A DNA stretch of 63,473 bases, counting the filler, from Pelomyxa schiedti (lineage: Eukaryota > Protista > Evosea): NCBI GenBank assembly GCA_020536535.1. It is 13 parts of 13 records of this genome, joined end to end, with 100 filler letters (N's around TTAATTAATTAA, not from the genome) between each part and the next. Parts side by side here need not be neighbours in the genome. Positions count along the whole stretch, not along the records: positions 12,429 to 20,089 come from JAHLWZ010001346.1; positions 20,190 to 31,578 come from JAHLWZ010000018.1; 11 more parts are not named here. One strand, 5' to 3'. A program made the position numbers and the translations under genes. Below are positions 12,430 to 25,613 of the stretch, in pieces. The notes below the pieces were generated by a model that saw nothing but the letters and a program-made list of their open reading frames with translations, searched no databases and was not told the DNA's origin. Every line of letters begins with the position of its first letter. The first letter of the stretch is position 1.

Positions 12430-14302
12430 CTCTGCACAGCCTGGCTTGTTGCTTGAAATCAACTCCCCCAGCAAGTGGTTGTTGTTTGATTTCACTTGCT
12501 CTGCATTCAAATGGAAGTGTTGTATCAACCACTTCACAACTTTGCCTGACTGGACATAATTAAGGTGGGACAAGCCCTCCACAATGTCACACACTGAAAA
12601 CACAAAATGCAACAGGAATTTCTGGGCTTGTGAGATGTCACAGAAATAAACAATGCTGGAGACAGTCTGAGCCTTGTCAAAGCTTCTCCTGGAAACATCA
12701 AACTTCTCCCACAAAAGCAACGCAGTCTTGATGAATCCCCATCCTAAACTGGCAGAAAAACACTCGGTCACAACCTCTTCACTGATGTTGATCACTGTGC
12801 AACGTGAAAGGAACCATTGAACCCCAGCCACGCACTCAGTATCACCTAAACTGCAAATCTTCTTGAAGATTTGCTCCGTCACACTTGGACTCGTGTTGAC
12901 GTGGTCCATCACATGGAATTTCCTTTCAAGCCAGTCTGCAACTGCTGCGTTATTGTGGTAAAGAGATTCCACAAGGCAATCGGCAACCGGGGGTGGAGTG
13001 AGTGGTTGTGCCAGTTTCAGAAAGAGGAGTTCCACCAATGAGACAGAGTCACTCCTGTTTCCACATGCCCCATTGAATATATCAACGGTGACAGAACCAA
13101 CAGTATCAGTATGGTTTTCCAACAACCACTTAACAAGGTCCTCATCTCCAAGGGATCCACAAGCAAATTTCAGATCACATTCTGTTGGCTTGATTGAGAG
13201 ATTTTCAATGGCCCACTTGAAACCCTTCACATTTTCAACATAAGCAAAGAAATCGGTGTGGAGCTTCTTCAGTGAGGGTTTTCCCTGAATCCAGGTGCAT
13301 CCTCTTTCAATAGAGAGTCACTTCCACTGGCCAACGAAGAGTACTCCACAAAGCGGACCGTGGGCCTTGAATGTAAACTTCATTCCATAACCAAAGAAAA
13401 GATCAGTGCAGAACTTCATGACTTCCAAACTGGGACTGGCAATGAATTCCCCAAGGTCTGGGTACCTATCATCACCAAAAAACAGTCTGCAGGCAGCAAT
13501 TACTCCGGTGGTGGAAGCCAACCACTTCACCACATAAAGATGTCCCCACCTCACAGCCGCGTGGAATGGCATTGGCAGCTCCCAAGGCTCAGTGCCCACA
13601 CCACGGAACTTTGACATCACCCACTTGACAACATCCAGGTTCCCTCCCTTGCATGCAAGATACAACACACTGCCTGTGCTTGTACAATTAGGCACCTCCC
13701 TGATGTCATAAATCAAGCTGGGGTCATCCTTTGGCCACGTCAACAGTCTGCAGCCACTCCACGTCTCATAACCACCACCACCACCGTCAACAAGTTGCTT
13801 TGCCATCTCAATGTGTCCTCCTGGTAAGACAATAGACAAATCAACCTATTATTAAAATAGAAATGTATTCATACAAACAACAGATAGCCAACAGCAGAAA
13901 CTACATGTGTACACACGCACCAGCACACAATCCCCTGAGCACAGCGAGGCACTCCTTCCTGTTGTTTCTCCTCATCGCGGGCTTGTTCCTCAGAGTCCAC
14001 GTGATGCACCTCGTGCTCCCTGCCGCCCCCGCGCACGACAGCACAAAGTACCGCGACGTGTGGGTTACCTCACAGTCCTTGTCGTAGTGTATTTCGTACG
14101 CAGCTGTGTCCGCTACGAGCTTGCACGCGCGGGGCACCAGGGGGAACAGCGCCTCGGCGACGCCCAGCAACCAAATGCACTGGCCTGCCGTGACGCGATT
14201 GTGGGACGGCACCACCGCCAACTCGGGGCGACGATGTGGTCCCACACCACCCGCGACACCCTCAGCGTCCACGCAAGGTCCATCGCTGCAGGAATAACAC
14301 AA
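12430..14302 (-). CDS. Ankyrin-like repeat protein, paralog of 16345-18584; apparent frameshifts, 3' end runs into gap
   Basis: ACKGGNLDVVKWVM and AVRWGHLYVVKWLA motifs; frames change near 14200 and 13320. Confidence 0.65.
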
Positions 14303-14570
14303 TCAACAAACCGGATTCGCAGACTCCCTGGAGCGCAAGCTCGTGTACTTGCAAATGTGTGATTCTGAACACACAGGCAAACTGTGCGCAAGTCACACAA
14401 GACTCGAGACTGGAGTCATCACTTACCAAGTTCAAGCTGGTAGTTTTCCCAGAAATCCATCAGTGAGCTAGATTAGAACTAGATTAGAACTACACCGCGA
14501 AGTCACCTCGCCACACAAAGACAGGAAGAGCACCCTGACTCTTCGTTGTAACATCAATTCTGGCTGAACA

Positions 14571-15947
14571 ATGGGAGCGGCACAACCAACACGGACAGAA
14601 AACAAAAAACTGCAACCCCAACCACAGGCACCACCAACAACATCCATCACTGCACCAACAACAAACTCTTCACGGCCACAAGTCCCACCCGAATCGTCTT
14701 CACCACGAGTCACACTCCAAGTCGAAGTACCAGCCACAAGTCAGTTCGTTGCGTTCGCGTGTGGATCACTGGTGGCCAGGACTAGGGCGCGCTCACCAGC
14801 CAGACTCCTCGCTGCGTCCCCGTCGATAGTCGAGCAGTTTGGCAGGGAGTGGGTCGTGTGTGGGTGCAGGGACGTGGTCGAATCTCTGATTGTGGGTGAG
14901 GAGATCCACCAGATGGTTACACACTCGGAAAAGGTGTACCATCAGGCTCACTTGTGGATAAGACTGTCACCAACCCTTGGGGTTGTGAGGTCGGCGCAGT
15001 TTGCCACGACTGGTGGCTTCGGGGACCTCATTGGGCACGTTGGAACGGATGGTGTTCATAGGAAGGAGGATTCGTTTTCATGTGGTGACAGGCTTGTACT
15101 GGTGAACAACACAATAATGCGAGATTTCAACGTTGTGGATGGGAATGGGTGTGTGGTGGAGCAGGTGGCACCGACGGATAGTACAGTGGCAGCTCAGTGG
15201 AGTGATTCGGTCCACATTAATCGGAGGTGGCTTGTGATTGTCAGAGCCACACACATGAGTGTGTGGAGGATCGGGGGTGCAGGAGGAAGTAAGTTTTTCG
15301 CTGAGGATTGCTGTGTTGAGATTGGAACTTCTCATATTCGTGCAGCTCTGAACAACCACCACGTGAATGTTCTGTTTGTGCACAGGCAGACCATAAGTGA
15401 TCAGAACCAATTGGAGATGATTGATTTGGAGGAGAGTTTCAGCAAGGGAATGATGGTGATGGTAGCTGAGCCAATTGTACTGCCACCTGGAAACTGTGTG
15501 AACTTGCTTTGTGGTGATCCAATTTGTGCAGTTTACGAAGAAATCAGAGGGCAAAGTGTGTACAACACTGAGTCCAAGAAAATCCACACGTTCAAACCAA
15601 AAAGTTATGTGCAGTGCCTCAGCCCCACCATCATTGCAGTCAATACCTCTAAGGTGGTATACGTATACGAGCTGTACAACACTGCCAACCTCAACACACC
15701 CTGCCAGAGAATCACCAACTTGTGGTCGTCACGTATCATCATGCAAATGCAACAAGTGGGAGGAATTCTTGTGTGGGAGTCTGAGGGGGAGAATCATCAA
15801 TCAGCCTTTGGGCAGCTTCACCAGACCATCATAACAACCTTAGTGACAAGAAGGTATGTCATCACTGATGCTGTGACTGCCACTCGCTTGGCTGTTCTCA
15901 ATTATGGCCTGACGTTAGGTCAGGAAAAAGTGTTTTGCTTTCATTGA
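14571..15947 (+). CDS. Lineage-specific family protein (SQFVAFACG...SPARLL...EW motif plus beta-rich domain)
   Basis: Intact 458-aa ORF. Confidence 0.8.
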   Translation: MGAAQPTRTENKKLQPQPQAPPTTSITAPTTNSSRPQVPPESSSPRVTLQVEVPATSQFVAFACGSLVARTRARSPARLLAASPSIVEQFGREWVVCGCRDVVESLIVGEEIHQMVTHSEKVYHQAHLWIRLSPTLGVVRSAQFATTGGFGDLIGHVGTDGVHRKEDSFSCGDRLVLVNNTIMRDFNVVDGNGCVVEQVAPTDSTVAAQWSDSVHINRRWLVIVRATHMSVWRIGGAGGSKFFAEDCCVEIGTSHIRAALNNHHVNVLFVHRQTISDQNQLEMIDLEESFSKGMMVMVAEPIVLPPGNCVNLLCGDPICAVYEEIRGQSVYNTESKKIHTFKPKSYVQCLSPTIIAVNTSKVVYVYELYNTANLNTPCQRITNLWSSRIIMQMQQVGGILVWESEGENHQSAFGQLHQTIITTLVTRRYVITDAVTATRLAVLNYGLTLGQEKVFCFH

Positions 15948-16344
15948 TACCACGTGAACAAAAAGCAAATTGCTTCTTTGCACTCACCGATTTTTTACAA
16001 GACGCCGAAAACCCATCAAAAAAACTTCTGGAGGCTGGGTTTTGTTCTGAACGGGTTTTGTTGTTGGAGGGAGAAAAATGGGGGAGTGTGTGGCCTCGAT
16101 CACGGTGGTGCGACAGCCTTGTTTGGGTGTCAGGACAAGTCCACCACTGTTCTGGGGTGTGACGTCTATTAAAATCTCTGCAACACAGTGTTCAGATGTG
16201 TTTCTTGTTGTCACAGAGGAAACTGGTGTTTTTTGTATTTTACCCCAAGTCCCGTTTTCAATTATGACAACACAATTTGCCGACATTGTCAATTAGCCTT
16301 TCAAGATATTAATTAATTACGAAGGTGTAGGCCAATGTCAGGCT

Positions 16345-18584
16345 TTACTTCCTCCTACACTCCACTCTGCCACATTCCCAACTTACAGTCGCCACTGGGC
16401 ACCAAAAATCCATCTTGGAGGGCTTATTTCCTCGAGTGTGAGTCCCAACATCTTGATGGAAACCATCACGTGAAGGGGTGAGAAACACACAAAGGACTCG
16501 AAGTGTTGCATGGCAAATGGCCCTGTAATCTCGGGGAACACGCGCAGAAGCATCCTCCATGTGGCCACGTTAATGCACACACCTGTCTTGATCGTTTGTG
16601 GCACCATAGTCACCACCTTTGGTTGTGTGAGTGAAATGTATTGTTCGTGATGGATTTTACCTCGCTCAAAGTCACGTGGAATGTGTGAATCAACCACTCT
16701 GCACAGCCTGGCTTGTTGCTTGAAATCAACTCCCCCAGCAAGTGGTTGTTGTTTGATTTCACTTGCTCTGCATTCAAATGGAAGTGTTGTATCAACCACT
16801 TCACAACTTTGCCTGATTGGACGTAACCAAGCTTCGACAACCCCTCCACAACGTCGCGCACTGAGAACTGCACATCAGGCAACATGAACTTCTGGGCTTG
16901 TGAGACGTCACAGAAATAAACAATGCTGGAGACAGCCTGAGCCTTGTCAAAGCTTCTCCTGGAAACATCAAACTTCTCCCACAAAAGCAACGCAGTTTCC
17001 ATGAACCCATTCTCTATCTGGTGAGAAAAAGACTTGGTCACTGCTTCTTCACTGATGTTGATCACTGTGCACTGTGAAAGGAACCATTGAACCCCAGCCA
17101 CGCACTCGGATTCACCAACAGCGCAAAAGACTTTCTCTGTCACAGTCGGCCTTGTGTTGATGTGATCCATCACATGGAATTTCCTTTCAAGCCAGTCTGC
17201 AACTGCTGTGTTATTGTGGTAAAGTGATTCCACAAGGCAATCAACGACCAGGGGTGGAGTGAGTGGTTGTGCCAGTTTCAGAAAGAGGAGTTCCACCAAT
17301 GAGACAGAGTCACTCCTGTTTCCACATGCCCTTTTGAATAGAGCAACAGTGACAGAACCAACAGTGTTGGAATAGTTTTCCAACAACCACTTGACGAGGT
17401 ACTCATCTGCAAGGCTTGTGCACGCAAGGTACAGCTCATCTTTTGTTGGCTTGATTGTGAGATTTTCAATGGCCCACTTGAAACCCTTCACATTTTCAAC
17501 ATGAACAAGGGGATTGAGGTGGATCATCCTCTTCAATGAGAATTTTCCCAGAATCCAGGTGCATCCCTCTTTCAATAGAGAGTCACTTTCACTTGAAGAA
17601 GAAGAGTACTCCACAAAGCGGAAAAGCACGTTGCGTTGTGGCAACTGTGGGACCTTTTTTCCATCACAGAAGAAAAGATCAGTGCAATACTTCATGACTT
17701 CCAAACTGGGACTGGCAATGAATTCCCCAAGGTCGGGGTCATAACCAGTACCAACAAGCTTTGTGCAAGCATCAATGACTCCGGTGGTGGAAGCCAACCA
17801 CTTCACCACATCGAGATGTCCCCACCTCACAGCAGCGTGGAATGGCATTGGCAGCTCCCATGGCTCAGTGCCCACACCACGGAACTTTGACATCACCCAC
17901 TTTACAACATCCAGGTTCCCTCCCTTGCATGCATCATACAACACACTATGTGGGCTAGCACCACTATTAGGCACCTCCCTGATGTCATCAATCAAGCTGG
18001 GGTCACCCCTTGGCCACCTCAACAGGCTGCAGCCACTCCACGGCCCATCGTCACCACCATCACCATCACCACCACCGTCAACAAGTTGCTGTGCCATCTC
18101 AATGTGTCCTCCTGTCAAACAATTAATCCTTGAAATTTTCTTTCAATCATGATTGTATACTACATACTATACACGCACCAGCACACAATCCCCTGAGCAC
18201 AGCGAGGCACTCCTTCCTGTTGTTTCTTTTTGTTGTGGCCTTGTTCCTCAGCGTCCACGTGATGCACCTCGTGCTCCCTGCCGCCCCCGCGCACGACAGC
18301 ACAAAGTACCGCGACGTGTGCCTCTGCACCACCACCGTCCCACAATTCTCGTCCTTCTCATTCGAATTGTCGGGCGGCACGCCTTGCGCGGCCGCGTCGG
18401 CGAGGAGCCTGCACGCGCGGGGCACCAGGGGGAACAGCGCCTCGGCGACGCCCAGCAACCAACGGCATTGCGGGGTGGTGAAACGAACACGGCCGCGATT
18501 GTGGGACGGCAGGGCCAACGCGGGCACTATGACGTGGTCCCACACCACTTGCGACACCGTCATTGTCCACGCAATGTCCATCAC
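16345..18584 (-). CDS. Ankyrin-like repeat protein (multi-exon)
   Basis: ORFs 18147-18584, 16610-18118 and 3' exons; same motifs as the 12430-14302 paralog. Confidence 0.8.
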
Positions 18585-19109
18585 CTTGGGCTCACAATAA
18601 TTCGGTGATTGGACGGTAAACTATCAAGACAACGCTGAATGACGATTGTTGTATTTATTTGGTTGGTTGTAAACGAATATGTTTATTATTTTACTTGTTC
18701 TGAGGTGAGTGAAAGCGGCGTTGCTTATAAGCCCAGAGTCCCATGAATTCCGAGTATTCTGTGCGACGATGCACAGCGTCAGGTGCCATGGAATTCCTGG
18801 AAGTTGTCCGACTTATGAGGGTCGCTCAGGGCCGATACCGCGATTCCCTTTTTCGGGAAGTCATCACTTTCACACAATCCTTCTCGTGGTGGTGGATTTC
18901 GTACGCAGCTCCTCGCCTCGGCGACGCCCAGCAGCCAAATGCACTGGCACGCCGTGAAACCAACACCTCAGCGATTGTGGGACGGCACCACCAACTCGGG
19001 GACGACCACGTGGTCGCGACACCCTCATCAAGGTCCATCGCGAGGATAAAATCAACACGCCGGAAGACTCTTCGCTGAAAAATAAGTTCAACCACTGGGT
19101 TGAGTTGCA

Positions 19110-20089
19110 ATGGGCGCGTCACAGCCAACACAGTCGGAAAACAAAAAACTACAAACCCAACCCCAGGCACCAACAACAAACAACTCACAGCCACAAATCG
19201 CACTCGAAGTGGCGGCACCAACACCAGAGTCTTCACCACCACGAGTCACACTCCAAAGTCTTTCAAAGTCACACTTCAAAGTCGAAATACCAGCCACAGG
19301 CCAGTTCGTTGCGTTCGCGTGCGGATCACTGGTCCAGGACTAGCGTGCGGTCGCCAGCCAGGGTCCTCGCCGCATCCCCGTCGATAATCGAGCAGTTTGG
19401 CAGGGAGTGGGTCGTGTGTGGGTGCAGGGACGTGGTCGAATCTCTGGTTGTGGGTGAGGAGATCCACCAGATGGTTACACACTCGGAAAAGACGTGCCAT
19501 CAGGCGCATGTGTGGATGAGACTGTCACCAACACTTGGGGTTGTGAGGTCGGCACAGTTCGCCACGACTGGTGGCTTCAGGGACCTCATTGGGCACGTTG
19601 GAACGGATGGTGTTCCAGGAAGGAAGGAGGGGCTGGAGGATTCGTTTTCCTGTGGTGAAAGGCTTGTACTGGTGAACAACGACACAATAACGCGAGATTT
19701 CGACGTTGTGGATGGGAATGGGCGTGTGGTGGAGCAGGTGGCACCGACGGATAGTACAGTTACGGCTCGGTGGAGTGATTCGGTCCACATTAATCGGAGG
19801 TGGCTTGTGATTGTCAGAGCCACACACATGAGTGTGTGGAGGATCGGGGGTTCGGGAGGAAGTAAGTTTTTCGCTGAGGATTGCTGTGTTGAGATTGGAG
19901 CTTATCATATTCGTGCAGCTCTGAACAACCACCACGTGGATGTTCTGTTTGTGCACAGGAAGACCCTAAGTGATCAGAACCAATTGGAGATGATTGATTT
20001 GGAGATGAGTTTCAGCACGGGGATGATGGTGATGGTAGCCGAGCCAATTTTACTGCCACCTGGAAACTGTGTGAACTTGCTTTGTGGTG
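19110..20089 (+). pseudogene. Frameshifted paralog of 14571-15947, truncated by gap
   Basis: High identity to 14571-15514; frame changes at about 19340. Confidence 0.7.
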
Positions 20090-20335
20090 NNNNNNNNNNN
20101 NNNNNNNNNNNNNNNNNNNNNNNNNNNNNNNNNTTAATTAATTAANNNNNNNNNNNNNNNNNNNNNNNNNNNNNNNNNNNNNNNNNNNNACCACCGAATC
20201 ATCAAATCTAACCTCTCATAAAAAGTAAAAAAACATTTTCTCGTACAACCACGAACGTGATACTGTCCATGCCGCTCGGCAAACCACACCTAGAAACTAC
20301 CAAAAAAAGTGGTTCCTTCTATGAAGTTTACTTCT

Positions 20336-21316
20336 CTAGTACTGGGCAATTGCCAAACGCCAAACTTCGACCTCCTCAGTTGTCCACTTGTCATACGACC
20401 CTGCTAGCCACTCATTGTATGGTTGCTGTGGGGGCAGGTCATTGTCCCGGCCATCTCCCATGTCCGTTTTGCTGCCAGTTCTGAAGTTACTGTAATCTGT
20501 TATGAACAAGGCTGGTCCGCTACAGAAGGCTGGTCCACAGAGGTTAGTACAGGAGGAATGGTTCTGTGTGCAGATATTGTGGTTCTTGCATCTGAGCAGT
20601 GTGCCAGAGGGTGTGCCAGCCCTCAGCAGGCTGTACACAAAGGTCCGGCCGCCGCACCCTCTCCCTATATCATAGAAAACCCCGCCGGTGCTCTCCCAGG
20701 GAATTGGTGTAAACCCACCAAACACGTCTGGTGGTGTACAGTACAGTTCAATGAGTGTAAGAAATGAAAATTGCGTTAGTGTGGCCATATGCGAATAATA
20801 TTAATAGAGACATATATGAAAATATAATATTAAACAAATAGAAAGCGACTAAACTACTACATGGAAGATGTCAAACAATGAGTTTAGTTTTTTATTAATG
20901 AAAAAAAAAAACACAAAAAAAGAGTACAGACAGTTTTGAGGAGTCCTCACAATTGTTGCCGTCGAGCCCCAGCCGTTGCACCTGTGGTGGAAGCTCGAAG
21001 CAGAAAAGGCATTGGATGAGCCACGCCACATCAGCTCCCACTCACCACCCTGGCCCCGCACCATGAACGCGTGCCCCAGGCTGGCCTCATTGCCTGCCAC
21101 CATTTCATGCAGCTGGTTGTCAAGCTCCGCCGTGGTGAGAATTTTGCTGCCTGGGAAATGTGGTGGCCCCCTCCTGTTTGTGGTAAAGAGGGTGGCCACC
21201 AAAGACGTGGCGGTGATGAAAACCCTGCGGGAAAGCGCAATGGCAAAGTGGAAAACCTTACACAACGACGATACGACTGAATGTGGTAGCACTGAAACCA
21301 AAAAAATTGTTTTCAA
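20336..21316 (-). CDS. TLDc-domain protein (most complete copy)
   Basis: SKIL...WELMWRGSSNAFSASSFHHRCNGWGSTATIV, intron, YVFGGFTPIPW...GPAF...LAGS...EVEVW: canonical TLDc motifs. Confidence 0.85.
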
Positions 21317-22051
21317 AACAATCCGATGAAAAAAAATGTTGATTGGTCCTCAGGGGTGATTCTATGGCTAAGAAAGTCTTGGCCGGTTGTCGACATTGGT
21401 TTCTTTCCCTACGGGGAGTAGTACTGCAGGCTCAACGACACATACACCGAGGGGAAAAAAAACGCTTCTCATGGAACGTCGACGTTCAAAACTGGGCCCT
21501 CTTCTTCACCAACAGCAGAACTCACAACAGAGAGGGAGGAGAGGGAGAGCAGAACCAACAACATCAACCGATGCTTTTCTCCCTCTCGCCGGGCGAGTAG
21601 TGGCCTTGCGCGACGCCTCGGCACAGTTCCTCGCCCTTGCTCACCCACCCTCGCTGCGGTAGTTTCAGAAAGCACAACAACCACAGGCAACAACAACAAG
21701 TTGTGTGCGTTGCTCACGCTTAAGAGCCTGCACATGGAAGGTGTAATTCAGTGTGGAAGGTTCAAGTCACGCTTCTCCAGGTGCATGTATGTGCAAATCG
21801 GCTGAGGTGCAGTCGGTGGATGTCTGGCGAACTTCTCAATGTGGGAGGAGTACGGGTTAGCGGAGCGGGGGTTTGCAGAGCAAAACACAACCACAAAATC
21901 AGGGTCGACTCTCACAACCCCTTGTTCCGTCTATTACACCTCAAGGGTTCCCGTAAGCGATAAGTAAACAACAACCTTTCTGCATCGCTAAGCATGCGGC
22001 GTAGCGGTTCGTGGCTGATGCAACACTGGCGTGCAGCCCCCGTCGTCTTCG

Positions 22052-23600
22052 TTACCAATTAAAAAAATTTAATTGATGTTTTCCTTGAAGGACACTGATC
22101 ACGCACATCAACATGGGTGGAACATTCCTCGCAGCGGTCTTGGCATCCGCCGACTTGGTAGCCTTGAGCTCCACATCCCCTGAAAATTGGTCGATCATAA
22201 CTAAGATGTATCTCTTGCCCTTCTTCATGACCACTGGCAGTGGGCCGACGTAGTCGATGCTGACGCACACCCCTGGTCTTGTAGGGACTGGTAGTGGGTG
22301 CCCAACACTACTATCTGTGTGTGCAACCCCTTTTGCCAAGGTACACTCTTCACCAGTACAGGTCCTGGATGCGTACAAGGGTGTATTCAGCTGACATGTG
22401 GCCAGCGAATATGCTGTTGTGGTTGTCTCGGATTACTGCCTCCTGCCTCTCAAGTGGCACCACAAAGTGCTTGACAGAGCTTGATCTTCTTCTTGACAGC
22501 ATTTATGTGGAAGAGAACACCATCCCTGACCACAAACTCGTTCCTGTGCAAGCCTCTAAGTTTCATTGGCAGTAACTCGTTCCTAGTCAACCAGGCCTGG
22601 ATTGCACATCAATCCCCATCCCTCTCCTGCATAGCCTGTCATCCTTCCACCCCAGTCCCCAGTGTGCCAGACCATGCAGCCAATACTCCAAATCACTGGG
22701 TAGGTGCCTTCCAGTCAGTCAAGACCTTGATCCTTCCTTCGTCCATTTGGATGCCCTTCTCTGATACCGTATGTCCCAGGTAACTGACAGAGTGGTGGAA
22801 AAACTTGCACTTGCTGGACCTTGAGGTTTGCTCCACGCAATCTCATGAGAACCTCCCAAATATTCTGGATGTGCTCCTCAAAGGAATGCCCCATTATTAT
22901 CATCAATGTCTTCCAGACAGATCTTCCCAATTAAAGAAAGGTAGCAATACGGTAATAAAAACAAGGCAAGCAAAAGGGGTAACCAGCAAAAAACACTACC
23001 TTTGGTAGTGTTTTTTGCTGGAGACATTACAACTGAAGGGTGCTGCTCCCCTATTACTTACACTCACTCCACCATGCAGTTGGTTGGTCAAAGGGAAAAA
23101 AAAAACCCTGGGGCGAGAGGCGTGTTCTGGGAGTTGATCCCAGGACCATATAGCCTCCTGAACACAGTCCATCCATGAGAGATGTTGGCACATGAATCAA
23201 GTGCGATGGCCATTCTGACACCTGCAATCTCACCCCAGACAGATTAATGGTATTCGGGCGGTGCCCGTGAAGAAATGGGATTGGATTTTCGTCGGCCCAA
23301 CGGGAGCGCCAATGCAAACTTCCGTTGCGCCATCATTTACGGTAACTAGCGGAGAGTGTTCCGCCACTGCAGTGGCGCTGCGCGGTCATCTCACCTAGCC
23401 CGGTGCTCAAGGTCTGGCACGTCGTATGAGACGTGCTTTCCCTTGTGTGCGCCCCTCCCAAAGCGATGTGGCCATCGGTGCTTTTAATAAATGCCCCTCC
23501 CAAGGCTATGTTTTCATCCACCTCTTCCGTGGTGGGATATGCCCCTCCCAAGGCGAAGTCGGTATTCGCGTAGTCGACGACGGAGCAACCCAATGGCGTG
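22052..23600 (-). mobile_element. Decayed Ty3/Gypsy LTR-retrotransposon fragment (RT and integrase remnants)
   Basis: VSIDYVGPLP...RYILVMIDQFSG (integrase) and HSFEEHIQNIWEVLMRLRGANLK (RT). Confidence 0.85.
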
Positions 23601-23669
23601 CCTGCACATCGGCGATAGCGAACCTACACAAACGTGTGAAGAAACGTAGACTCTTTTATTATTTCGAAG

Positions 23670-24390
23670 TTAATTAATGTTTGGGTGGTGCGGTACCAGG
23701 CTCGGGCTGTGTATTGGCGTCGCACATGCGGCATGGTTTGGGGCACGCTGCCCAATAGTGGCCCAGCTCATCGCAATTTCGTTGCTGGTGCCGGTGGTGT
23801 TGGCGGTATTATAACCGCCGTCGGTGCTGTAGTTGTGAACAAGGCTGGTCCGCTACAGAAGGCCGGTCCCTCCCAGGGATCATAGAAAGCCCCACCGGTG
23901 CTCTCCCAGGGAATTGGTGTAAACCCACCAAACACGTCTGGTGGTGTACAGTACAGTTCAATGAGTGTAAGAAATGAAAATTGCGTTAGTGTGGCCTTTA
24001 AATATTATGCGAATAATATTAGTAGAGACATATATGAAAATATAATATTAAACAAATAGAAAGCGACTAAACTACTACATGGAAGATGTCAAACAATGAG
24101 TTTAGTTTTTTATTAATGAAAAAAAAACACAAAAAAAGAGTACAGACAGTTTTGAGGAGTCCTCACAATTGCTGCCGTTGAGCCCCAGCCGTTGCACCTG
24201 TGGTGGAAGCTCGAAGCAGAAAAGGCATTGGATGAGCCACGCCACATCAACTCCCACTCACCACCCTGGCCCCGCACCATGAACGCGTGCCACCATTTCA
24301 TGCAGCTGGTTGTCGAGCTCGGCCGTGATGAGAATTTTGCTGCCTGGGAAATGTGGTGGCAAAGTGGAAAACCTTACATGGCACCGTGAC
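23670..24390 (-). pseudogene. Deleted TLDc paralog
   Basis: Near-identical to 20680-21160 with deletions and a different 3' end. Confidence 0.7.
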
Positions 24391-24650
24391 AAACCGCCAC
24401 GACGACGATACGACTGAATGCGGTAGCATTGAAACCAAAAACAATTCGAGAACTGGGAGGAATTTTGATTGGTACGTGGAAAAAACTCAGGGGTTATCCT
24501 CTGGCTGAGGAAATTTTTGGCAGGTCTGGACTTTTGACAGAACCGTGGTTTTAAGCAGCATTGGGAGTACTGCAGGATCAACGACCCAAGTGTGGAAGCT
24601 TCTGAAGGACGATCAAAACTCGTGGGTAAAGAAAAAACAAAAGTTTTGTC

Positions 24651-25182
24651 ATGTCCCTCGTTAAACAGAGGCGCAGAAATATCAAGGCCAAAAACACTCA
24701 CAAACAACAACACAGTTCAACTCCAGCAACAACAGAATCGTCGGATAATTATTCACCAACTCCAGCGACCTCCTCCCTTACGACGACGACCTCTTCTTCT
24801 CCAACACCAGAACCAACAACAGCAACCGATGTTTTTCTCCCTCTCACCGGGAGAGTCGTGGTCTTGCGCGAAGCCTCGGCACAGTTCCTCGCCCTTTGCA
24901 TGCTCACCCACCATCGCTGCGGTGGTTTCGGAAAGCGCAACAACAACAGGCAACAACAACAACAACAACAACAACAACGAGAGGTCGCCAGTCACCAAAG
25001 TGGCACACCCACCACGGAAGTGGAAATAGCACCGTCGTCGCTCTGCGTGGGAATCAGGTTGGTGTGGGAGTGGGTGCTGAACGAGGGGCCTGTGAGGTGG
25101 TTCAATGTGTCGGTGGCGAGGCAGCACTTGGCCACGAGGAGGAACGTCGCCCAGGACGAGGATGAGGAGTGGGAGGCTCTGT
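24651..25182 (+). CDS. N-terminal part of a lineage-specific family protein (ASAQFLAL...HHRCGG...VWEWV), cut by gap
   Basis: ORF track motif; truncated relatives at about 21480-21900 and 25780-26130. Confidence 0.55.
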
Positions 25183-25282
25183 NNNNNNNNNNNNNNNNNN
25201 NNNNNNNNNNNNNNNNNNNNNNNNNNNNNNNNNNNNNNNNNNNNNNNNNNNNNNNNNNNNNNNNNNNNNNNNNNNNNNNNNN

Positions 25283-25613
25283 CCCAGCCGTTGCACCTGT
25301 GGTGGAAGCTCGAAGCAGAAAAGGCATTGGATGAGCCACGCCACATCAGCTCCCACTCACCACCCTGGCCCCGCACCATGAACGCGTGCCCCAGGCTGGC
25401 CTCGTTGCCTGCCACCATTTCATGCAGCTGGTTGTCAAGCTCGGCCGTGGTGAGAATTTTGCTGCCTGGGAAATGTGGTGGCCGCCTCCTGTTTGTGGTA
25501 AGGAGGGTGGCCACCAAAGACGTGGCGGTGATGAAAACCCTGCGGGAAAGCGCAATGGCAAGGTGGAAAACCTTACACAACGATACGACTGAATGTGGTA
25601 GCATTGAAACCAA
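25283..25613 (-). pseudogene. TLDc paralog fragment
   Basis: Near-identical to 20967-21316. Confidence 0.7.
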
